DNA from: a virus
Taxonomy: Duplodnaviria > Caudoviricetes
IMG/VR virus record: IMGVR_UViG_3300020577_002429
Coordinates: 17,943-81,942 of that record
Reading direction: 5' to 3' (one strand)
Length of the DNA: 64,000 bases
Shown here: positions 54,256 to 63,372 of the stretch, in pieces
How the letters are laid out: each line of letters starts with the position of its first letter
Numbering within the stretch: the stretch's first letter is position 1
Position numbers and translations under genes: made by a program
The notes under the pieces: model-generated
Databases searched by the model: none
What the model saw: the letters and a program-made list of their open reading frames with translations, nothing else
What the model was told of the DNA's origin: nothing

Positions 54256-55295
54256 TAGATGTTAACTGTTTTAATTGTGGAGTACTATTTTCAATATATC
54301 CAGGTCGCTCAACAAAAAATAAGACTCACCACTGTAGCACTAAATGCTCTGGCGTAACAAGTAGTAAGCGTCAGACTAAAAAAGTTTGTAGAACTTGTTC
54401 TAACTGTGGAAAAGAAATTTTTTATAAAAAAAGCCATTCTAATAAGATAGTAAATCCAACATGTTCTAGATTATGTATGTCTCAATACAGATCAAAGTAT
54501 TATGTAGGATATAAAAATACAAATTGTAAAAACTTTACAGCATTAGAGAAAGTATTTCACAACAGAGTAACAGATATAAAAAAACGCGCTGAGAATAAAA
54601 AGTTAGAATTTGATTTAACAAAAGAAGATTTAATAAAGCTATATAATAGTAATGGCGGCAAATGTCACTATACAAATCTACCAATGTCTCTAGAAAAGAA
54701 GGGAATGCCTAAATATAATACGATGTCAGTAGATCGTATAGATAGTACTAAGGGATATACCATAGACAATGTTGTTTTATGTTTATTTAGCATAAACATG
54801 CTGAAAGCTCATCATGATTTGAGTGATATTAGAACAGTATTTCGAGCTATGTATATGAAAGAGAAGAGTAATGTAGTGGTAAAAATAAAGAGATTATACG
54901 AAACTTCTATTTTACCCAAACAATCCGATCCATCCGCTGCTGGCTACGACTGCTTTACTCACCGAATAGAAGAGACTGACACCACATTAACCGTATTTAC
55001 TGGAATATCCGTACAGCCAGAGATGGGTACCTATTTTATGCTAGTACCTAGATCTTCTACTCATAAGCGAGGATTGATATTATATAATAACATAGGTATC
55101 ATTGATAGCAACTACTCCGGTGAAATTATTGCTATTTTTAAAAAAACTTCGGAGTATACAGAAGGGTCTGTTAGCATTGGCGATAGACTGGTACAACTTA
55201 TACCTCAAGAACAGATATGGGCAGATCTTGTTGAAGTTGATGATTTTAATGAAACAGACAGATCCTCTTTTGGATTTGGTAGTACAGGACGATAA
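54252..55295 (+). CDS. dut: Zn-finger/HNH endonuclease fused to trimeric dUTPase
   Basis: N-term CxxC repeats and SVDRIDSTKGYTIDNVVLC; C-term AGYD, PRSS, GIIDSNYSGEI, GDRLVQL, FGFGSTG dUTPase motifs in one frame. Confidence 0.85.
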   Translation: MIDVNCFNCGVLFSIYPGRSTKNKTHHCSTKCSGVTSSKRQTKKVCRTCSNCGKEIFYKKSHSNKIVNPTCSRLCMSQYRSKYYVGYKNTNCKNFTALEKVFHNRVTDIKKRAENKKLEFDLTKEDLIKLYNSNGGKCHYTNLPMSLEKKGMPKYNTMSVDRIDSTKGYTIDNVVLCLFSINMLKAHHDLSDIRTVFRAMYMKEKSNVVVKIKRLYETSILPKQSDPSAAGYDCFTHRIEETDTTLTVFTGISVQPEMGTYFMLVPRSSTHKRGLILYNNIGIIDSNYSGEIIAIFKKTSEYTEGSVSIGDRLVQLIPQEQIWADLVEVDDFNETDRSSFGFGSTGR

Positions 55296-55316
55296 TATAC
55301 ACGTTGAGGAGACAAC

Positions 55317-57278
55317 ATGACACAAAATTACAAAGCTATTGCTATTGGACTAAACAAACGTAAATTAGTACCAGAGTCTGAATTAATTTCAGAACTATCT
55401 AATTTATACAGTAAAGATCCTAAACAGGACTATTACTATTCAATTTATAAATATACTCAAAAACATTACGACGATTTCAAGAAAACACATACATTAGCTG
55501 GTATTTCTGATGTTAAAACTAACACGCTAGTATTTGACTTCGATAGTAAATCAAATATTGAAGCCGCTAAGCTAGATGCGCTCACTCTCATTGGTAGACT
55601 TACACAAAAGGGTATAACAAAAGAAAATATCAGTGTCTATTGGAGTGGCAGCAAGGGTGTTCATGTTGAGGTAGCATCTGATCAAGACTTTACGCAAGTA
55701 GAAGCTAATGCTATACGCAAATCGCTAGCTGGCGATCTAGAATCTAACGATACTTCAATCTCCGACGTGCAGCGAGTCATTAGAGCACCGCTGTCAAGAC
55801 ATAATAAATCAGGTCTATACAAGATACCGCTTACTGTGGACGAGTTAGCTAAGCTGTCTGTACAGCAAATCTCAGAGGCTGCTAAAGAACTTACTGATAA
55901 TCATTATGATATGGTAGATCAGAACATGAATAAGCGTGTTACTCTGCCTATTGACATTGTTAATTTGAAGAATGTAAAAGAAAAGAAGAAGGAAATTGTT
56001 GAATACACAGATAAGCCTGATTTTAATAAGAATAAAACAGGATTAACTAACGCTAAGTATGCGCTTGCTGAAGGTTACTTTGAAGAGGGTGAGCGTCACG
56101 AAGCTGTTATGATATTAGCAGCTACTTATTTAGGTCTTGGTTGGCATCAAGAGTTAGCATACAATAATATCAAGGCGACACTACGTTTACGTGCTCGTAG
56201 ATTAGGACTAGATGACGTTGATGAAGCAACTAAACGTGAAGTATGGAAAGAATTAGAAAGCGTCTATAGCCCTTTGTGGAAGGGTGGAATGTACTCTGAG
56301 GATAAAAATGAACTTCTCATCAGAACTAAGCAAAGATATAGCATTGAAGATAAGTATGATAGAAATTTACTTATTAAATTATCGCAAGTAAATAGTATTT
56401 TCTCCGATTTTGCTACAAATATTGACAAGAATACATTGAAACTGGGTATTCCATCATTTGATCAGGAAATTAGGGTGACAACAAGTACGTTAGTGTCAAT
56501 CTTGGCAGCTCCTTCAGCTGGTAAATCAAGTATTTCATTTGGTATCTTAAATAGCACATCTAAACAAGGCATTAAGTCCATGTTCTTCTCTTTAGACATG
56601 GCAGCTCCTCAAGTATATCAGCGTCTAGCTCAGAGACATACAGGATATCATAGTGATAGACTATTTCATGCGTATCAAAATAAAGATATGGCCGTGATTG
56701 AAAAAGTTGAGAGTACATTAGATGCTGAATACTCTAATGTTAAGTTTTGCTTTCGTGGAGCCATGAATGTTGACATCATTCGAGATGCTTTACTAAAAGA
56801 AAAAGAACTTACTGGTGAATTTCCTAAATTAATCGTAGTAGATTACTTAGAAAATGTCCTGACAGACTTATCCAATGATCCGACTATCGCAAAAGGATTT
56901 GTTGCTCGTTCATTGAAAGACATTGCTAATGAATTTGCTATTTGTGTTATCTTGTTGACGCAGCCAGCGAAGGTAACTGGTGGACCAGCAGAAGAACTTA
57001 ATTCATATTTTAATATTAAAGGGTCTGGATTAGTCGCGGAGGCTTCGGCACAAGTAATTACAATGCATCGTCCAGGATTTGATCCAAAGAATCCAGCTGA
57101 TGATAACTTTATTACACTTACTGTTGTAAAAAATCGTATGGGTACGTTAGGTACATTCGACTACCACTGGGAAGGTGTGAGAGGAACTATTAGAGAACTC
57201 ACTCAAGAAGAAAAGCAAACATTAAAAGTAGTTAGAGATCAAAACTTTGCCAAGAAAAAAGGAATGGATGATTTATGA
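55317..57278 (+). CDS. bifunctional AEP primase-DnaB-like helicase
   Basis: FDFDS, WSGSKGVHV, RVIRAP (AEP); EGERHE (PriCT-like); AAPSAGKS, FFSLDM, IVVDYLE, KNRMG (helicase). Confidence 0.9.
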   Translation: MTQNYKAIAIGLNKRKLVPESELISELSNLYSKDPKQDYYYSIYKYTQKHYDDFKKTHTLAGISDVKTNTLVFDFDSKSNIEAAKLDALTLIGRLTQKGITKENISVYWSGSKGVHVEVASDQDFTQVEANAIRKSLAGDLESNDTSISDVQRVIRAPLSRHNKSGLYKIPLTVDELAKLSVQQISEAAKELTDNHYDMVDQNMNKRVTLPIDIVNLKNVKEKKKEIVEYTDKPDFNKNKTGLTNAKYALAEGYFEEGERHEAVMILAATYLGLGWHQELAYNNIKATLRLRARRLGLDDVDEATKREVWKELESVYSPLWKGGMYSEDKNELLIRTKQRYSIEDKYDRNLLIKLSQVNSIFSDFATNIDKNTLKLGIPSFDQEIRVTTSTLVSILAAPSAGKSSISFGILNSTSKQGIKSMFFSLDMAAPQVYQRLAQRHTGYHSDRLFHAYQNKDMAVIEKVESTLDAEYSNVKFCFRGAMNVDIIRDALLKEKELTGEFPKLIVVDYLENVLTDLSNDPTIAKGFVARSLKDIANEFAICVILLTQPAKVTGGPAEELNSYFNIKGSGLVAEASAQVITMHRPGFDPKNPADDNFITLTVVKNRMGTLGTFDYHWEGVRGTIRELTQEEKQTLKVVRDQNFAKKKGMDDL

Positions 57279-57538
57279 TGAAATTTATTAAACATGAAGA
57301 TAGCATGGATGTGTGCTATGAAGTGTTCGCAAGCGATGATAGCGATTATTTCTGCTATGCTTGGAATATGGGCATACTAGCCGCCTTCCAAATAACCCAT
57401 GAGTGTATTAAAATACCAGTATCAAAATTATACCTTGACAAAGGTTGGCAAGTATGTAACAATCATAAAGAAATACTAGATAATAATAAATCGTTTAGAG
57501 ATGGCACTTGGAAATACTTACAAGAGAGAAACTCATGA
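57275..57538 (+). CDS. hypothetical protein
   Basis: ORF track; ATGA coupling. Confidence 0.6.
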   Translation: MMKFIKHEDSMDVCYEVFASDDSDYFCYAWNMGILAAFQITHECIKIPVSKLYLDKGWQVCNNHKEILDNNKSFRDGTWKYLQERNS

Positions 57539-58131
57539 ACCTGAGAGAAACATTAGATGAAATACAAGCTAATAAAAGCTTGGTGGCTAAAATAAAAGAA
57601 GCATATAGCGACATAGTTGAGTATATTACTGATATTCCTTATGATATTAAAGTGTTATTTCAAAGATTTATGCACCGCACTCGCAAGCTTGTTCAATTTA
57701 TTAAGTTAGGTTGGAATGACTACGACTTTGATCACGCATATCTTACAGACTTGTTAGTTTACAAGCTAAACGCTATGTCTAAATATCATAAAGAAAGTGG
57801 CCATACTGAAGATGCTGATAAAATGGCTAAACAGTTGCGAGTAGCAGCTAAAGCTTTGCAAAAATACACAGAATTAGATCATGCTGCTGTATATGACAGA
57901 AGAAATCCATCTAAAGTTAATAGCGAACATTCTTGGGGTAGAACTGAAAACGGATTGCTAACATTAAAACGTGTATATATAGGAACTAACACTGAGATAT
58001 CAGAAGATGATTTTAAGATTATTCAAGAAGAGATGAGACAGTCTCTGAAATATGAAAAAAGACAATTAAAACGATATAAGCGCGTATTCTTTAAGATAAT
58101 GTACGATAACTACTTGAAATTTTGGGACTAA
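57508..58131 (+). CDS. hypothetical protein
   Basis: ORF track; helical. Confidence 0.7.
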   Translation: MEILTREKLMNLRETLDEIQANKSLVAKIKEAYSDIVEYITDIPYDIKVLFQRFMHRTRKLVQFIKLGWNDYDFDHAYLTDLLVYKLNAMSKYHKESGHTEDADKMAKQLRVAAKALQKYTELDHAAVYDRRNPSKVNSEHSWGRTENGLLTLKRVYIGTNTEISEDDFKIIQEEMRQSLKYEKRQLKRYKRVFFKIMYDNYLKFWD

Positions 58132-58132
58132 T

Positions 58133-58345
58133 ATGAAATTTACTAAAAATGAAATGTATAAGAACTTATTCAAAGATCAAGACGTAGCTTTTGAGGTGGA
58201 TGAAGTGCTATCTCAGAACAACTACGGAGCCGATTTAATTGTTACATGGTTTAAGTTGACAAACGGTGGAAGATATGTTAGCATGGGTATAAGTGGTGAA
58301 TTTCACATACCTAAAGACCAAGTGATGCACTATATACCAGTATAG
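58133..58345 (+). CDS. hypothetical protein
   Basis: ORF track. Confidence 0.6.
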   Translation: MKFTKNEMYKNLFKDQDVAFEVDEVLSQNNYGADLIVTWFKLTNGGRYVSMGISGEFHIPKDQVMHYIPV

Positions 58346-58445
58346 GAGATACGATGCTAAGTGAAAAACTAGTAGAACATTTAATTCAATATATGAAAGA
58401 GAAGCCGGACTGTCTCGTTTTGATACTTTTAGAGAGCAAACAGTA

Positions 58446-58640
58446 GTGCATGTACATGGAAACTTAGGTGAGCGTAGCATGTTTCACGATAATAATTTTC
58501 ATGTTGAGTTTACTTATGATAAATCCGGTAAAATTACAGAAATGAACGGAATAGCATTTACTTTTGACTCACAACCATTGATGGATGCTATAACTGATGC
58601 GGTATCTAGAAATTTTATATTAAAGCGTAAAAAAAAATAA
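58446..58640 (+). CDS. hypothetical protein
   Basis: ORF track; start uncertain. Confidence 0.5.
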   Translation: MHVHGNLGERSMFHDNNFHVEFTYDKSGKITEMNGIAFTFDSQPLMDAITDAVSRNFILKRKKK

Positions 58641-58653
58641 ACTAGGAGTATAG

Positions 58654-58953
58654 ATGAAAGATAAGTCACCTATTACAGAAATGTCCATAGCACTAATTAT
58701 TACTATTTTCTGGCTAGCATTTATCCTACTGACATTTACAATCTCAGCTCACGCGGCTACATATCAGTTTAAATACAAGCAGAGTGTAACAGCTACAGTA
58801 GACGCAACCAGTTATGAAGATGCGTTCAGAGTAGCGGCTAAGATTTGTTATATGACTCTTACCAAGAATGTATATCCGGGAGAAGAAAAAGGTCTTGAGT
58901 ATATAGATATCTGCGCAAATGGAAGGCTAGTAAATGCCGAAGCGAAGAAATAA
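58654..58953 (+). CDS. secreted hypothetical protein
   Basis: Signal peptide ending AHA-A; two Cys (KICY, DICANGR). Confidence 0.65.
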   Translation: MKDKSPITEMSIALIITIFWLAFILLTFTISAHAATYQFKYKQSVTATVDATSYEDAFRVAAKICYMTLTKNVYPGEEKGLEYIDICANGRLVNAEAKK

Positions 58954-59178
58954 ATTAGAATATGATGGCGGATTATCTGAAGCTGAAATAATTGCTATGG
59001 CTATGGAAGCATTTGAATGGCCTTATAAAAAGATTATGTCTTGGTATCAGTAGAGAACGCAGCTCTAAACGACGCTAGACCTTGTGAACTAGTTGAACGA
59101 GGGAATACAGATCCTATTGTTGAATTACTGAAAAGAAGATCTTATGAACTTAAAAGAAATAAAGCGAGGAATAAATGA
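58934..59178 (+). pseudogene. frameshifted Xre/MbcA/ParS C-terminal (DUF2384-like) antitoxin homologue
   Basis: Frame 0 ...IIAMAMEAFEWPYKKIMSWYQ*; -1 frame continues VENAALNDARPCELVERGNTDPIVELLKR. Confidence 0.6.
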
Positions 59179-59441
59179 ACATAGAAAAGATGAAAAAGAA
59201 AAGTAGAAACACCATACGCAAGTTAGTAAAAGATACTATGTTAAAAAAAGAAGATGTTATTCTATTGTTAGATGATTTGCGTGTTCACTTCAGACAAAAT
59301 GGATGGGCTTTAAATTATCATGTTTATCTTGAACTATCAAAATTAGAGGGTATGTACTTTGATCAATTACTGCACATTAAAAATTACAAAGTAGTTCATA
59401 CGGATGGATCACTACTTATCGTAAAGAAGGTGAAGAAATGA
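59175..59441 (+). CDS. hypothetical protein
   Basis: ORF track; SD GAGGA. Confidence 0.6.
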   Translation: MNIEKMKKKSRNTIRKLVKDTMLKKEDVILLLDDLRVHFRQNGWALNYHVYLELSKLEGMYFDQLLHIKNYKVVHTDGSLLIVKKVKK

Positions 59442-59771
59442 AAAATGCAATATTATTTGATAAATTTAAAAACAGAAAAGAAACTACTCTAGCTAAGATT
59501 GAGGATGAAATTGTTCTCACTGAAAAGCAAGAAGAAATTAAATATAAGCTACAATTCTTTGATAATAAGCGTAGAGCTATTTATGTTGAGAAGAGTAGAA
59601 CAAAGCTTGATGAGTAACATGTGAAAAATTTCGCTATTATAATTATTATCTATATATTACTATTTATAGGCGGAACTAAGATTATAGAAAAGCAACTTGT
59701 GATTGACAAATTAGAAAGTCAACAAAGATGTCTTAAACAGACAAATAATATAAAGTGTTTGGAGGAGTAAT

Positions 59772-59972
59772 ATGGTTAGCCAAGAAGATTTAGATGAAAT
59801 TATAAAGTCTTTGGATAAGGTTCATAAAAACCAAGCAGAGTCAAGAGATGAATATATAAAAGAATTTACAGAAATTTTAAACGCATTAAAAGATCTGCCA
59901 AAAAAAGAGCGGGAGAGACTAATAATGGCAGCAATTAATTTTTATGATTTGTCGTATTTGAGGTATCCTTAA
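59772..59972 (+). CDS. hypothetical protein
   Basis: ORF track; SD GGAGGAG. Confidence 0.6.
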   Translation: MVSQEDLDEIIKSLDKVHKNQAESRDEYIKEFTEILNALKDLPKKERERLIMAAINFYDLSYLRYP

Positions 59973-59973
59973 A

Positions 59974-60327
59974 ATGACTAAATCAATCGAAGAACAAGCG
60001 ACCGAGTATGCTGAACAGAGCATTCAGCGTGACAACGGCGAAAAGATTTCCTTAATGGTAAAAGAGTTTAAAATTTTTATTCGCACAGCTTTTTTAGTTG
60101 GCGTAAAACGTCGAGACGCTGAATGGCTCAAAGTTGTTAGTGAACTTAAAGGGGCTTTAACCAAAAGTAAAGACACGCTTCAAGAGTTAAATAGTGATTT
60201 TGGTAATTTTATTTACGAAGACGGATCGGAAGAAACTGAACAAGAAGTTAAAGATACTTATGATCACGTCGAGAAAGCTTTAACCAAAGCTGAATTGATG
60301 ATGAAAGAGATGGGAATAGAGAAATGA
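59974..60327 (+). CDS. hypothetical protein
   Basis: ORF track. Confidence 0.65.
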   Translation: MTKSIEEQATEYAEQSIQRDNGEKISLMVKEFKIFIRTAFLVGVKRRDAEWLKVVSELKGALTKSKDTLQELNSDFGNFIYEDGSEETEQEVKDTYDHVEKALTKAELMMKEMGIEK

Positions 60328-60451
60328 TTAAAAAATATATAGCACAGCTATGGTGTTGGTTCTTCGGACATGATAAAATATACCCAAATGTAAATAGGCG
60401 AATATTTGCGTGTGCTAGATGTGAAAATGGACCTGATGATAGGTGGAATAA

Positions 60452-60772
60452 ATGACTCAGTACGGATTATTTTTACAAATATTTTTCGCTAACCTAGCTA
60501 TGTCAATGATAGGACCATTCACAGTACTAGGTCCAATGTTAGGATTTCCACTTATACTTATATATTCTATTGGCATTTCTTTTTTGGGAGTAAAATCTAC
60601 CATTAAGAATATTCTATATAGTATCTTAGGTATTATTATCATTCTGATCACCCTATATAAAGGGTTTCCTATGTTACTTATTGGCATTATATTCCATAGT
60701 GTAGGAATTATCGCTGGAATTTTTGTTAGTAGTTTTTTAGTCGCAAAATACAATACTAAATCGGAGAAATAA
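60452..60772 (+). CDS. multi-TM membrane protein
   Basis: About four hydrophobic helices in 106 aa. Confidence 0.6.
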   Translation: MTQYGLFLQIFFANLAMSMIGPFTVLGPMLGFPLILIYSIGISFLGVKSTIKNILYSILGIIIILITLYKGFPMLLIGIIFHSVGIIAGIFVSSFLVAKYNTKSEK

Positions 60773-60976
60773 ATGAAATTAACAATAGCATTACAAACAA
60801 TTATCATTATCGTCATATCTTTTCTTCTTGTTGAAGCAAATAAGACGATGGACAGCATAGACTTCATGATAAGAGAAGAAGTTAGAGCTGCATACATGTA
60901 TTCATGCACACAACACGAGTCAATTCCTGAGTGTGTAGCACAAGCTAGTGATTATATTAGTGAATTTGTCAAATAA
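60773..60976 (+). CDS. small protein with N-terminal TM
   Basis: ORF track; SD GGAG. Confidence 0.55.
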   Translation: MKLTIALQTIIIIVISFLLVEANKTMDSIDFMIREEVRAAYMYSCTQHESIPECVAQASDYISEFVK

Positions 60977-60982
60977 AAATAG

Positions 60983-61011
60983 TTGACAAACGATATATTC
61001 TATGAGATATT
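60983..61011 (+). promoter_or_regulatory. sigma70-type promoter candidate
   Basis: TTGACA-17 nt-GATATT with TGn, in the intergenic gap before the MoxR gene. Confidence 0.5.
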
Positions 61012-61050
61012 AAATAAAACAAACATTCATTACAAATAGGAGAATAAATA

Positions 61051-62160
61051 ATGAATATTAAGCAATTAAAACAGTTCTTACCATACGCTTTCAAGGTCAA
61101 TGCCTCAGTAATCGTTCACGGATTACATGGCATTGGTAAATCACAGGTCATTAAGCAGTTTGCTCAAGAAAATGGCATGGAGTTTATTGATCGACGCTTG
61201 TCACAAATCGAATCAGGTGACTTACTAGGTCTACCAGATGTATCAGGAGAGGTAACTAAGTATAAACTACCTAGTTGGTTACCTACAGACCCTAAATCTA
61301 GAGGAATTTTGTTCCTAGATGAAATTAACCGTGCTCGTCGTGATGTTTTACAAGGTGTATTCCAGCTTGTACTTGATCGCCAGCTCGGCGACTATACACT
61401 TCCTAAAGGTTGGGCCGTAGTAAGTGCTATTAATCCAAATACTGACGACTATGATGTTACAAACGTGTTTGATGAAGCCTTAATGGATCGTTTTTTACAC
61501 ATTAAGCTCAACCCAACAGCTGAGGAGTTTCTCTCTTTTGCCAGAAAACAGAAAAATGTTGAGATGTCGTTTCTAGATTACCTTCAAATCAATGAAGAGA
61601 AGCTAGAAAACAGTAAACTTAACACGTTTACGCTTGATCGTAAGCCTTCTCGTCGTAGTAACATGAAAGCTGCCGAGCTTTTAGCTACTGGATTACCAGA
61701 AGATCTTATTGTTGAAGGTGTTGGCGGTCTTATTGGTATTACAAATGTAGTGGCATACATGACTTGGCTTAAAGAAAATGATGTAAAACCATTTAGCGGA
61801 GAAGAAGTAGTAACTAGTTATGATAAAATTGCCGAAAAAGCAGCAAAATACGCAGATGCGGTAACAGGTCGTCACGATATTCTTGATGCTTCGTTCACTA
61901 ACACACTACAATACATCCAAGACAACTACAAAAAGATGAAACCAGATGGATATGCTAATGTATTGAAGCTTGTTAAAGCTGCACCAAAGGATTTATCTCA
62001 GGCTTTCTTGAAACGACTCATTGATGTATCAAGTCCCGATCAACAAATGCTCACAGAGTACATCATTCCTAATCTAATTGATGTTGGTGACACTGATTTC
62101 CTATTAACTGAAGAAGATGAGAAGTTCTTATTATCATTAGAAACAGAAGAGAGTAAGTAA
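61051..62160 (+). CDS. MoxR-like AAA+ ATPase
   Basis: GLHGIGKS, ILFLDEINRA, SAINP, DEALMDRF. Confidence 0.9.
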   Translation: MNIKQLKQFLPYAFKVNASVIVHGLHGIGKSQVIKQFAQENGMEFIDRRLSQIESGDLLGLPDVSGEVTKYKLPSWLPTDPKSRGILFLDEINRARRDVLQGVFQLVLDRQLGDYTLPKGWAVVSAINPNTDDYDVTNVFDEALMDRFLHIKLNPTAEEFLSFARKQKNVEMSFLDYLQINEEKLENSKLNTFTLDRKPSRRSNMKAAELLATGLPEDLIVEGVGGLIGITNVVAYMTWLKENDVKPFSGEEVVTSYDKIAEKAAKYADAVTGRHDILDASFTNTLQYIQDNYKKMKPDGYANVLKLVKAAPKDLSQAFLKRLIDVSSPDQQMLTEYIIPNLIDVGDTDFLLTEEDEKFLLSLETEESK

Positions 62161-63371
62161 TGTATAATGTTTTAGAAGATACTATTAGAAAGATGATAAC
62201 TAATTATCCATTTTATGCTAATTTAATTAGTATTATGGATAAAAAGTTAACGGAGGATGTACCTATTGCTGCGGTAAGTATTACTTCTCGCATCAATCTG
62301 ATGATCAATCCTAAAACATTTAACAAAATGCCAGAAGCCGTAAGAGTTGGAATATTATTACACGAGTGTTACCACATTATTCATAATCACATCGGTCGTA
62401 GTAAGAGTGTTTCAAAAAGTTTCAATAAGGCGCTGAACATCGCAGCTGATCGCGCCATTAACGAACACTTACACATCCTGAGCAAGAATAATAAAATTAC
62501 AGCCACTATTCCTGATAGTTTAGAAGTAGAACTAAAAGGAAAAAAAGAAACCATGAAGTTTGTCACAAAGAAAAACTTCCAAGACACTTATCAAGGTAAA
62601 ACAATTAAAGATAATGAAACAATGGAATACTATTATAAGTTTCTAAAGGATAATGCTGAAAAGGGTGATGGACCTGGCGACTTCGGTGGTGACATGGACA
62701 CTGTTGATGACCATGAAGGTTGGGGAGATAGCGCATCGCAGGAGCAAGTAGAAGAAGTTACAAAAAATGCTATGAATAAGGCGGCTCAACGAACAAAAGC
62801 TGGTGACATTCCTGGAGATGTTCAACAAGCTCTTGACAAAATGAACAACAGTACTGTAAACTGGAAGAATGTGTTACAGCGTTTTGTTGCTAAGTGTGTT
62901 GATATGAGTATTGACAGCTCAAGAAAGCGACGCAGCCGAAGATTTAAACTTATGCACCCAGGCACAATCAAGGAACCTATTTTAAAATTAGGCATTGCTG
63001 TTGATACTTCTGGTAGTGTTGCTGATAAATACTTGCAGCAATTCTTCGGTGAAATTAATAAAATTCATAATATGGGTATTGAAATTTATATTGTTCAAGC
63101 CGATTATGTTGTACAAAGTGCTGAGAAGTATGATCCGAAAAAGCCGTTAGTAGCAAAAGGTCGTGGGGGGACAGCATTCCAACCGGCAATTGACGCTCTA
63201 GAAAAAATTGAGTGCGATAGTTACATCTATTTTACTGATGGTGAAACCGGAAGTGAGGAGCCTAAATCAAAAAGACCTATATTATGGGCGTTATGTCCTA
63301 GTTATACAATTCCTACTGGATATTCAGAAAAGTCTACTATTAAAATTACCTTACCGGAAGATAATAAATAG
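62160..63371 (+). CDS. putative metallopeptidase-VWA protein (DUF2201-like)
   Basis: LLHECYH; MIDAS VDTSGS, GRGGTAF, YFTDG. Confidence 0.85.
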   Translation: MYNVLEDTIRKMITNYPFYANLISIMDKKLTEDVPIAAVSITSRINLMINPKTFNKMPEAVRVGILLHECYHIIHNHIGRSKSVSKSFNKALNIAADRAINEHLHILSKNNKITATIPDSLEVELKGKKETMKFVTKKNFQDTYQGKTIKDNETMEYYYKFLKDNAEKGDGPGDFGGDMDTVDDHEGWGDSASQEQVEEVTKNAMNKAAQRTKAGDIPGDVQQALDKMNNSTVNWKNVLQRFVAKCVDMSIDSSRKRRSRRFKLMHPGTIKEPILKLGIAVDTSGSVADKYLQQFFGEINKIHNMGIEIYIVQADYVVQSAEKYDPKKPLVAKGRGGTAFQPAIDALEKIECDSYIYFTDGETGSEEPKSKRPILWALCPSYTIPTGYSEKSTIKITLPEDNK

Positions 63372-63372
63372 T

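Noticed and set aside
59026-59053. Programmed -1 frameshift at T AAA AAG in the antitoxin-like gene
   Set aside because: Slippage there would drop the conserved W of the motif; homology places the shift at CAG/TAG, more consistent with a 1-nt deletion or assembly error.
57435-62860. Other intragenic TTGACA hexamers (57435, about 59703, about 62832)
   Set aside because: No acceptable -10 at 17 nt spacing, or no suitable downstream start; not called as promoters.
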